From assembly GCF_018350175.1 (NCBI RefSeq), contig NC_058382.1, positions 49,106,001 to 49,170,000 of the forward strand: a stretch of DNA of 64,000 nt. Reading direction: 5' to 3'. The notes below the pieces were generated by a model that had not been told where the DNA came from, did no database searches, and saw only the letters and a list, made by a program, of their open reading frames with translations. Positions within the stretch are counted from its first letter, which is position 1. The number at the start of each line of letters is the position of its first letter. The translations under genes were made by a program, and so were the position numbers. Source of the DNA: Felis catus (Eukaryota). Shown here in pieces: positions 27,168-38,476 of this stretch.

Positions 27168-27231
27168 GGAAGGAAGGAAGGAAGGAAGGAAGGAAGGAAG
27201 GAAGGAAGGAAGGAAGGAAGGAAGGAAGGAA
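27168..27231 (+). repeat. (GGAA)16 microsatellite
   Basis: 64 bp perfect tract. Confidence 0.95.
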
Positions 27232-27319
27232 GACTGTTTTATTAACCTAGGGCTTGGGGCTTAATGACCAGGAACAGGTCAAGATTTGCCTGATCCTCAG
27301 CAAATATTATGAAACTGGG

Positions 27320-27512
27320 CAAAAATAATATAAAAACAGGGAGGGGGACAAAACATAAGAGACTCTTAAATATGGAGAACAGAGGGTTACTGGAGGGGTT
27401 CTGGGAGGGGGGATAGGCTAAATGGGTAAAGGGCATTAAGGAATCTACTCCTGAAATCATTGTTGTACTGTAGGCTAACTTGGATACAAATTTAAAAAAT
27501 AAATTTAAAAAA
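27320..27512 (+). mobile_element. Short L1 3' UTR insertion
   Basis: Same 3' UTR as the two copies above (AAGGAATCTACTCCTGAAATCATTGTTG); TSD AAATATTATGAAACTGG / AAATATTATAAAATTGG. Confidence 0.85.
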
Positions 27513-27985
27513 TATTATAAAATTGGAACTGAGATCAATTATGTACTATTGAAACTGCTTCCATACTTTATATGAAAGAGACTATAACACAGAAAACTGA
27601 TCACAAGAAAAAACTTTCTACACCCTTAGAACAGAAAAAAAGAAAAACCTGATTGTTTATCAACTTTCACCTTCCTAAAGAAAATGGGAAGGAACATGAC
27701 TTCTTCATGTGACAAATCAAAGGCTGGCACATGAAACTGACCTGACTTGCCCAGACAACTAAGACAAAGCTTGCTAGCTGTCTGCAGGACTTGTGTGCTC
27801 TGTTCTCCTTTTCACAGCACCAAACTGTCACTGGGAGTACTTACTCGTCCCCGGTGTATCTAGGTACCTGCACATGAAAAGGTATCACCATTGGAATGTG
27901 AATAAGAGAGAGGTGATCACCTGAGGGCCAGGGATTTTTAGAACAGGAGGTTGAAAGGGTGAATTTTATGTTACGTGGATTATAT

Positions 27986-28065
27986 GGAAGGAAGGAAGGA
28001 AGGAAGGAAGGAAGGAAGGAAGGAAGGAAGGAAGGAAGGAAGGAAGGAAGGGAGGGAGGGAGGGA
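27986..28065 (+). repeat. (GGAA)16(GGGA)4 microsatellite
   Basis: 64 bp perfect GGAA tract followed by GGGA units. Confidence 0.95.
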
Positions 28066-29399
28066 GGTTGGTTAAAAAAACAGGGGGATGGGGTGCCTGG
28101 GTGGCTTGGTCGGTTAAACGTCCGACTTTGGCTCAGGTCATGATCTCGCGGTCCATGAGTTCGAGCCCCGCGTCGGGCTCTGTGCTGACAGCTCAGAGCC
28201 TGGAACCTGTTTCAGATTCTGTGTCTCCCTCTCTCTCTGCTCCTCCCCTGTTCATGCTCTGTCTCTCTCTGTCTCAAAAATAAATAAACATTAAAAAAAA
28301 TTAAAAAAAAAAAACAAAAAACAAAAAACAGGGAGGTGCCTGGGTGGTCAAGCCCCCATGGGTCAGGCTCAGCACTGAGGGTGGAGCCTAAGATTCTTTC
28401 TCTCTCTCCTCACGCTGAAAATAAATAAATAAATAAATAAAAATTAAAAAAAAAATTTAACTGGGAAAAAAAGCCCTAGGAAACAAAAACACAAGATTGG
28501 AGGGGGCCAGGGTCTCTGGATCACCAGATGGCTGACAGTCTCCCACAACTTTTCCTATGTTAAGCCACTGATATTTTGGAATTCACTGTGGCAGTTAGTT
28601 TTACCCTAAATAATACATTAACCAAAAGGAAATCTTTTATCTTCTAAGTTAGTAAAAGGCTTGGCTCAACCCAGTTAGAGAGAAGCTGACCCCTTGACAC
28701 TTAACAAAATTATACCTATGGCATTCTCCTGCTAAAGTAGTTTTGTCAACAAAGGGCAATAAAGATCTTTAACTTAATTTTTAAAAACGTCAAATAGGTA
28801 ACATATCTGGCTCAAGTTTCTTTTAATTAAAAATATAAAGGGCATATTGGAAAGTTCTCACACATTTTTATCCTCCAATAGCCTAGTTTCTTCTGTATCC
28901 TTTCAGAGCATTCTAATGCAAATACAAGCAAATACCAATAAATATTTTTCTTCTTTTTACTTTGTCTTTGATTACAAAAAAGGTAATATACTATACCAAG
29001 TGGTAACTTTACTTTCTTCATTTAAGAACAGATCTTGGAGATCTTTCCATACCTGGCATAAACACCTTCTTTTCTACAGCAATACAATAGCTCATTGTAT
29101 GGATACACAATAACTTATTTAATCACCCCCTTATTAAGAGGTTTTGGATTGTTTCCAATTATTTGCTATTACAAAAAAAAAAAAAAGAAATCATCAATCA
29201 AATACTTCCTACACATTGTTCATACTGTTATATATAAATTTTCAGAAGAAGGTCTATTGGGTCAAAAGATCTATACATTTTTTACAATTTTTATAAATAA
29301 TTCACGATCTCCTTTTCTAACAAATTACCCCTATTCATTCCCATTTGATACGTCAGAAATTAAAATTCAAGTCACAGTGATTTCTACTACTGCTTATGA

Positions 29400-31170
29400 A
29401 GGATTACTGGAATTGCCCCCATACTAATTACCAAGTAGACAAAATATAAAATAATTTTCAGTGGCTGGACAACAGGCAGCATAGGTCTGTGATCCCTAAG
29501 AGAAGGGAAACGAACAAGGTGTACCTGATGATTACCCCAGCTTACTGCCTGGAGGTGGTTTCTAGGCTGCAGCACAGGAGGGGGAGCCCAGACAGAATCT
29601 AGTGTTCTCACTGAGAAGAGGAGAGAAATCAAAAGTTCAATGGATTCAAGAGGACTAGAACTTGCAAGATAGAGTACTGGAAAAGAGAGAATACAGGATA
29701 TCTGCGGAGGGATCACCCTGGGTTTTGTCCTATCCTATCTATGCACGTGTGGTGGCAAACAAAAAAAAAAAAACTGAAAAGCGAATAGACCAATTAATTC
29801 CTGACATTCACACAAGGAAGGCAGTAGTTCATTCCCAGCAGCCAGAAAAGAGAGACCTTAAATAACTTGGGACACTGGGTAGAGTCCCGTAAGAGTCACA
29901 TCCTACTAGTAGAATTCAATTAGGCACAGACTACAGGCTGCTCCAGACTTACCCTAACAAAGCTTAAAAGCAAGCCTCAAAAGGCTCAAACTGATCTGCA
30001 TGTAACCTCTGTGCCAGACAAAATCTAACATCCTTTAAAGTAACTCAACAAAATTCAGCACTCAAAGATGTAAGATGCACAGTGGTCAATATTCAGTAAA
30101 AAACCACCACACATGCAAAGAAGCAAGAATGTGACCCACAGGAAGAAAAATTAATCAGTAGAAAAAGACCAAGAAATGACAACTGATGTAATTAGCAAAT
30201 GAGGACCTTAAAACAGCTATTATAAATACACTGAAGATTGTAGGAGTGCCTGGGTGGCTTAGTCAGTTAAGCATCCAACACTTGCTTTCAGCTTAGGTCA
30301 AATCCCACAGTTTGTGATCCATGTCAGGATCTGCGCTGACAGTGCGCAGCCTGCTTGGGATTCTCTCTCTGCCCCTTCCCTGCTCACGCATGCATGCACA
30401 CCCATGTGCTCGCTCTCTCTCTCTCTCCCCCCCCCTCTCAAAATAAATAAATAAATAAAAAGATTATAAAGGAAGGGGTGGCTTAGTTGGTAGAGCACGT
30501 GACTCTTGATCTTGGGGTTGTGAGTTCAAGGCCATGTTGGGTGTAGAGATTACTTAAAAGTAAAATTAAAGGGGTGCCTGGGTGGCTCAGTTGGTTGGGT
30601 GACCAACTTCGGCTCAGGCCATGATCTCGCAGTTTGTGAGTTCGAGCCCCGCGTCGGGCTCTGCGCTGACAGCTCGGAGCCTGGAGCCTGCTTCGGAGTC
30701 TGTGTCTCCTCCTCTCTCTGCCCCTCTCCTGCTCACATTCTCTGTCTCTCTATCTCTCAGTAATAAACGTTAAAAAAAAATGAAATAAAAAAAGTAAAAT
30801 TGAAAAAATGACTGTAAAGGAAAACATGAACATAATAAAAGAGAGAAATGGGATACTATATAATATTATATAAAAGACCCCAATCTATTTTACAGATGAA
30901 AAATAAAATATCAAAAATGAAAAATACATTAGATGGCTTTACCAGACTGAAGACCACGGAAGAAAGCCCAAAGATACAGCAATAGTAATTATCCAAAATG
31001 AAACAGAGAGGGGAAAAAACAATTGTTGGTGCAGGGGAGAGGGAGAGAGGAGAGGGGAGGGTGAAGAACAGATCCTCAAGACTTGAGACAATAGCAAGCA
31101 ATTTAACCTATGAAAAATTAGAGCACAGGAGAGGAAGGACAGAAAAACTATTTGAAGAAATAACAGGCAC
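29400..31170 (+). mobile_element. Ancient L1M 5'/ORF1 region with nested SINEs
   Basis: A-rich degraded ORF1-like sequence (AAAATGAAAAATACATTAGATGGCTTTACCAGA...AGCAATAGTAATTATCCAAAATGAAACAGAGAG). Confidence 0.6.
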
Positions 31171-31469
31171 ATAGTATATGTTCAAAATTTATTGACAGAT
31201 TTATTTAAAAACGGAAAAGGGTTATAAAAAACAAAATGAAAATATGTATGTAAATGTAAAAGTTATCAGAAAAGCACTGTGGAGGGGTGCCTGGGTGGCT
31301 CAGTGGGTTAAGTGTCTGAGTCTTGACTTCTGCTTAGGTCAGGATCTCACGGTGTGTGTGGAGCCTGCTTAAGATTCTCTCTCTCTCCATTTCCCTCTGC
31401 TCCTCCCTCACTCATGCACTCCCTCAAAAAAGAAAAGAAAAGGAAAAAGAAAAGAAAAGCAATGTGATA

Positions 31470-31660
31470 ACACAGAAAGACAGAGGCTTTAAATTTAAAA
31501 AGATCTGGGTTGGAGTCTAGCTCTTATTCTTAAAACTTATATGACTTGGACAAATCACAATCCATCTGATTCATTTTGTTATCTGTAAAATAAGGCTGGT
31601 AATCTGTCCTATCTACCGTATATTTTGTCAAGAGTTGGAAATAATATAAAGAGCATTCCA
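31470..31660 (+). mobile_element. MIR
   Basis: Core motif TGACTTGGACAAATCACAATCCATCTGATTCATTTTGTTATCTGTAAAATAAGG. Confidence 0.6.
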
Positions 31661-33599
31661 TAAACCACATATTGAATAGCAACTTACATGACTCATAGTA
31701 ATTATTTAGGGAGAAGATTGTTAGGCCAATACTTAGTTTATAAAAAGCAAGCATATTAGGGTGAGTTCCTCTCTGACATTACACTTGGTCCCACATTTCC
31801 CCTCCCCTACGCCAAGAGTTAAGAAAAGCTGGGGCACCTGGGTAGCTCAGTCGGTTAAGCATCCAACTTCAGCTCAGGTCATGATCTCGTGCCAACGTTT
31901 AAAAAAAAAAAAGTTTATTCTTCTTTAAAAAAAAAAAAAAGAGCTAAGAAGTTTTTTGGAATACATCATTTTATATGAAACAAAACTCTCAAGTCATCTT
32001 TTTTATGCCAGATAATCCCACTCATCAATTAACCCATACAGTGAGTGCTCAATAAATATTTACAAGTGATGAGTGAATCTACACCGATTCTCTTCTTTTT
32101 TTCTGGGGGCAGGTAAACCAAAAGAAAAGCTTGGGGGGAAAATTTCAGGAAGACTCCAAAGGTGAAGCCCTACACGAAAATGACTAATTCATCCTATCTC
32201 CTCACTCTTAGCTGTAGATTTCAAGATACAAAAGAGTAAACAATGAAGTTGCTGCAAACACATATACTATTTACTCAAAATCGGAACTACTATGATGAAC
32301 CATATGAAACTGCTGTTTTTTGTAAGTCAAATATGATCAAATATTAGAAGTGCTGGTAGGGGGACAGGGGCAGTGGACCAAGCAAAGGGAAAGATACTAA
32401 ACAATATGCTGGGGCAGAATATTCCCAAATCACTGAATATAAAATCTTTACCAACAAATGTTGTTTACATAAAAACTGTAAACTCACAAGCTATAAGGCA
32501 GTGCTTTCTGGAAGCCTACCCCACTAGGCTATGTATTTGTGTGGGAGAACAGCAGGATGTTGCATGAGCTAGCAGGAGGCAGAGCTGGAGAAAGAGGCAT
32601 AGATCATCCCACTAAAGAATGTAAATTTGTCTCCACAAGAGGAAGGGAACCACACCAATGTCTTCTGACTTCTGCTTTCACTGCTCTACTTTCTCCCATT
32701 TTAGATATGCTTTCAAGTTGGAAATCAATATACAATAGTATAAATTCTTGAAACTTCTTAAAATGATAAACAACTGTGAGTTCCTAATAAACAAATCAAC
32801 TGTAATAGGAGACTGGAATTTTAACTGTTTCAACACTTATTCAAAATGAACTCTGCTACCAAATAACCTCAAGAAGAAGGCTTACATACTGCAAATATTT
32901 TGCAATGCCCTTAATGTATGATTAACTTATGTATTTATACTTTAATATAGATTGTTTCACAAGCCAGAGAATGCTGCAACCTCAGCAATATCAAAGTCTT
33001 TACATATTACTCCCCCTCTGAAAAGTTGCCAATTTTCAGGAAATTTTTAGTGATTTTGAAATTTATCTGGTTTTACAAAGGGCAAAAAGAGAATCAATGC
33101 GTTCTTTTTCTCAGCTAATAAAAAGCTATGTTCTTAGTCATTCCATTCTACAGAGGGAGGATCTGCGTTAAGTAATGCTGTCTTCAGAATACAAGAACTA
33201 ATTCTTTTCCTCTCCTATTTAAGAACGGGACTTTCCTCTTTGTCTGATTGGCAGTATATTCCAAATTTAGGCATCATTTAGGCCATGAGAACTGAAGAAC
33301 ATTTGGTAGAACTGAATTCCTCTACCCAGAGAATTCACTCCTTTGCACTCCATAATCTCAAAGTGCACACATTTTTAATACTCAGTAAAGACTAAATGTT
33401 CTTGATCTTTCTCTTCAAGTAAGTTCAACTAAAGTTTTCATGAAGGAGCCTAGGAAGAATTACATAAAAGGTGTGACACATTACATTTCCCTTCACATTT
33501 CTTTTAAAACAGTGAACATAAAACCTCATCTTGAACAATTTCATCTGCAACAACAAAGAGAAAGGGAAGGCAAAGACCATTTATGGGCAAATGCAATTT

Positions 33600-33770
33600 G
33601 ATGCATGGTCTACATATTTTAAAAAGTTTGATCCTCACCATAACCCTGTGGGAGTAGGTTTCATATCTCAGTTTTATAGATAAGAAAATTGAAAGTTGGA
33701 GAAATTAATTTGTCCAAGGTCAGAGTAAGCGATAAGTGAGCTGGGATTTGAATCCAGGATTGTAATTCTG
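33600..33770 (-). mobile_element. MIR
   Basis: TTGATCCTCACCATAACCCTGTG...TTTTATAGATAAGAAAATTGA...TTGTCCAAGGTCA...CTGGGATTTGAATCCAGG. Confidence 0.65.
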
Positions 33771-33799
33771 ATTTTTATATCTTCCCTTAATAGGTGTGC

Positions 33800-33815
33800 T
33801 CAGTAGATGGCACTA
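33800..33815 (+). promoter_or_regulatory. Candidate CTCF site
   Basis: TCAGTAGATGGCACTA matches CCASYAGRKGGCRS at 13 of 14 positions. Confidence 0.45.
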
Positions 33816-35022
33816 ATTTAACAGATGGCAGATTTTGTTCATAATTAAAGCCCTCCTTTACATCCCCTTCTCCCTCCTTGAAATTTCTGTCCACTTCAGA
33901 GTGGTTATCACATTACAGAGCTGCTTTGGACAGTGCAGGAACTTTGGGAATTCTGTTAAGTGACCTGCAGGCTCTTTCTAGTTAAACTTAAGTTACAAAT
34001 GAAAATACCTTCTGTATCTTTCTTTAAACATTTCTTTTTCTTTTATTCTTTGTTGTTGTTGTTACTCTGCACTTTAACTGATTTATAGCTTGTATGCACA
34101 TTCTCCTGGTTAATTTTTCTTATATACCATTTCAACTCACTGTTTATCTTGCTTCTGATTCTAAATATATCACACTTGTTATTTTTTTTTAAAGGAACAC
34201 AAAAACAGTTTCAGAGTCTGTTCTATTTTATAAGTGTACAGATCCAGGAATTCAAGTCAGCACCCATTTTCACTATGACTTCCCCTACAAAGAGTTATAC
34301 ATGTTATTCAAGCCTTCATTAGGAGAAGGTACTATAAATACTATGAATTCAATCTAACATAACTTTCCAATTTCAATAAAATTATTAAAACTGAATGAAA
34401 ATAGATGCCTAGTTCTCTTAATTGTTTTTAGATTCCAGTCCACACTTCTTGTTCCTCCACACTCTATTTTGATGCAGATACAAGGATTAGTACTGGCACT
34501 GTTCGGAGGACCATCACTTGAGCTTCCTTCGTAGGTTTCAAATTTATGTAACTCAACCAAAGATGAACCACTTACTGACTTCCAGTTTTATGAGTATTGC
34601 TCTTCTCAAGCTAAAGGAGCGCCCCTTACAATTCATAATCTAGACACAGGGAAGACAAGATTCATCCATAAACCAGATTAGGAGACATTTTAAGGTAGCT
34701 AAATTAAGAATTTCATGATATGGGGGTACCTGGCTGGCTCAGTCAGTACAGCATGAGACTTCTGATCTCACGGTGGTAGGTTTGAGCCCCACTCTGGGTG
34801 TAGAGATTACTTAAAAATAAAATCTTTAAAAAAACAAAAAAAGGAATTTCATGATATGAATAACCAATTTAAGAAGAATGAAGAGCTTTTTTCTGATTCT
34901 CCCAACCATTTCTTCTACTCATATCATAAATGCCCATAGCATTTAATTTACCATTCTTCTATGATACTATTTTATAACTTATATTAATAATTTTTAGTAA
35001 AACTATCTTTTTCTTCTTCTAG

Positions 35023-35322
35023 ATCAGCCCTAATAGACATATAATATAAACCACATCTAAACCTTGTTGTATAGTCATATTAAAAAATTAAAAAAAATTG
35101 ACTTTAATAAAGCACTTAACCCAATATATCCAAAGTAAATTGTCATTTAAACATGTAATCAATATAAAAAATTAATGAGACATCTTAAATTTGTTTTTTG
35201 TACTAAGTTTTTAAAATCAAGTGTGTCTTTCACACTTATAGGGCATCCCAATTCAGACAATTCATGTTTCAGTTTCTCAAGAGCTACATCTAAGTGGTGA
35301 CTGCCACACTGGACCACCACAG
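35023..35322 (+). mobile_element. MER33-like DNA transposon fossil
   Basis: Shares TTAACCCAATATATCCAAA, GTAATCAATATAAAAAATT and ACACTTA with the 6270-6495 copy; preceded by a TTCTAGAT hAT-type target site. Confidence 0.75.
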
Positions 35323-38253
35323 GGACAGAAGGAAGAAGAATGAGCTATTTTACAGTTGGACAGACTTGCTTTCAAATCTTAATTCCACTATTTATTAGCC
35401 CTGAGGCAGTCTCCTCATTAAAAAATAATTAATAATAATAATAATAATACATCTCTGACAGGATTAAATGAGACATAATGCCCAGAAAACATCTGGTCTC
35501 TTAGCAAGCACAGGGCACACAAAAAGCCTTCAATAAATGCTAACAATTACCATGTATTTATACCCTCTAACACTAAGCACAGTGTCTTACACATAGTAGG
35601 TATTCAATAAATGTTTGTTGAAGGAAGAAAAACTAATTTGCATGACATCCTATAACCCATTTTAATTGCTTCTTTTTCAAATATATAAATATCTCATATA
35701 AACAAGTAAGTTTTGGGGCACCTGGGTGGCTCAGTCAGTTGAGTGTCCAACTTCAGCTCAGGTCATGATCAAACGGTTTGGGAGTTTGAGCCCCGCAATG
35801 GGCTCGCTGCCACCAGCGAAGAGCCCCGTTCAGATCTTCTGTCCCCCTTTCTCTGTCCCTCCCTCCTGCACTTGCACTCTCTCAAATATAAATATTTAAA
35901 TAAATAAACAGGTAAGTTTTATTTTTTGGATTGTTGCTGGCTAAATTGTTTTTGAACACATTAGGCGAAATATACAAAAGGAAATGTACCATTTTATCTT
36001 TCGGACTGTTCAGGTATTTTACTTTCTTCCAAAAAAACAGTGAATTATTAAGCCAATATATGCTATTAAGCACTCTTTATCAAGAGACTTCTTAAAAAAG
36101 TATTTCTTGGGGTGCATGTGACTCAGGACCTCATGATTGTGAATTCAAGCCCCATGTGGGGTGTAGAGATTAACAAAAGTATTCCTCATCAATAACAGTG
36201 GTATTTTACAGGTAACTCTCAATTATCTGCAGGAATATTTTTATCTCAGGTTGGGATGAAAACACATCCCATTTCTGGGCTTTACTTGAAAAACAAGCCA
36301 GTTGTATATGTAAAACCCTTTACAATCTGGACTCTGAAAAAATTCTCAAGCTCTCTATTTCAGACAGTACAACCCCCTAAATTTCTTAAAGCATTTTCCC
36401 TTTTCACCTGTGCTTAGAATTCACTTGCACATAATTGCTTTCTTACAGATCACAGAATCACAAAGTATCAGAGCTATTAAGAAATATTCCAGTCTTGGCA
36501 TTTTCCAAAGCATGTACTGTAAAAGGTACATAAAAGGTAAGCAAGATAATTTCGGATGGTATTAGTATTGTATACTTTAACTGCCATATATTTTGTTTAG
36601 TGTATATTAGAAAAATATAACTGTCACATCAAACTCAAAAATTCATGTATATCTTCACTTATGACATGGTTAAAGTAGACAGTCACAATTTGAGCGAGGG
36701 GAAATTTTTTTTTTAATTTTAATTTTTTAGACAGAGAGAGAAGCAGTGGGCTTGCAAACACAAGCATGTGTGAGCGGGGGAGGGGCAGAGAGAGGGAGAC
36801 AGAGGATCCAAAATGGGCTCCAAGCTGACAGCAGAGGCCTGACACCGGGCTGGAGTTCACCAACTGCAAGATCATGACCTGAGCAGAAGTCAGCCGTGTA
36901 ACCAACTGGGCCACCCAGGAGTACCAAGGGGGCAGGAAACTTTTAAGCTTAGAGTAGCAGAGCTGGATTCCACCCAAGTTTAAATCCTAACTTTCTGCTC
37001 TTTTCATTGCCCTAAAGAATCTACTGTCAATATGACATCAAGGGATTAACACTCTCCTATATAATTGTTTCTTGATTATAATCTCATTTATCAAACCAAT
37101 TATAAGCAGTGGCGGTGTCTTAAAGTACTAGTGTTCTTTCACAATGATAGGTGCAGAACAAGAGATCAAAAATGCCTTGATTTTGTGGTTAGATTGCTTC
37201 CAACCACTGAGAGTTAGCATTGGAGGAAATTCCACATTGGCTCAAACAGAACAATCATAATATATCCTAAACTCAAACAATGTTTGGATTAACTGCCATT
37301 TGCATTATTCATATCACTATTTCCTCCCATGAATGAAAAAGGAATCAGGAGATGGTATGCCTATAAATCCTAGCAACCATACGACATATGCATGCAGAGG
37401 ATATAAGAAACTTGTACAGGTTAAATAACAGGGGTCTTACAAATTGTATTACCCAAACCTGTCACTTAATACATGAGGAAACTGGGACTCAGAGTGGTAA
37501 GAAGACTTGCTCACAGTCATATGGTTTCCTAACGGCAGTGCCAGCTCTAGTCCTAGTTCACTGTGCTGTTCCATGGATTCAATACAAATAGTAGAGAAAT
37601 ATATCTAAATTTTTCCATTATACTAGTACAAATCCTGCTTAAGGTGAGATGGGATTTGAAAATCTTTTCATTAAGCAGAAATTCTGCTCATGATGGACTT
37701 AAACTAATAAATTAAATTAGCTTTGTCTAATAATGCTGGTCTGTCTGCCTGAGAAATCTACAATATTCCAACGCATAGGAGCTGTTGCTACCCAACTGTT
37801 CTTGGTAGTGAAGAAAAAAGGATTCTAATTCCAGGTGACTCTTCTTATTTTGTGTACATTTCTGAACCCCTGGCATTCTCAACAGTCTTAATTTCCTTAG
37901 CTGCAACCATCCATGGTAGATTGCAAAGCATAAGGTCTTTTGAAGTCAAAAAGAACTTACTGAATACCAGGTCTTACCACTTAGGACATAACATCAGACA
38001 AATCACTCCAACTCTCTGAACCTGTTTCTCAACTAAGGTAATAAGATATTCACCTCACAGGACTATCAAGAGCATTAAATAATATGATATAGACAGTGCA
38101 GAACATGATCTTAGGATACAGTTAAGTGAAAGGTTAAGAAGAGAATAGAGGCACCTGGCTGGCTCAGTTTGTGGAGTGTGTGACTCTTAATGTCAGGGTT
38201 GTAAGTTCCAGCCCCATACTGGGTGTAGAAATTACTTAAAAATAGAAATCTTT

Positions 38254-38476
38254 GGGGCGCCTGGGTGGCGCAGTCGGTTAAGCGTCCGACTTCAGCCAGG
38301 TCACGATCTCGCGGTTCGTGAGTTCGAGCCCCGCGTCAGGCTCTGGGCTGATGGCTCAGAGCCTGGAGCCTGTTTCCGATTCTGTGTCTCCCTCTCTCTC
38401 TGTCCCTCCCCCGTTCATGCTCTGTCTCTCTCTGTCCCAAAAATAAATAAACGTTGAAAAAAAAATTAAAAAAAAA
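38254..38476 (+). mobile_element. Young cat-type SINE inserted in the tail of an older short SINE (38148-38253)
   Basis: TSD AAAAATAGAAATCTTT (38238-38253/38477-38492). Confidence 0.94.

Noticed and set aside
34354..34615. 68-aa minus-strand ORF and a nearby GTAAGT donor as a possible GLG1 exon
   Set aside because: No similarity to GLG1 sequence I recognise; weak acceptor.
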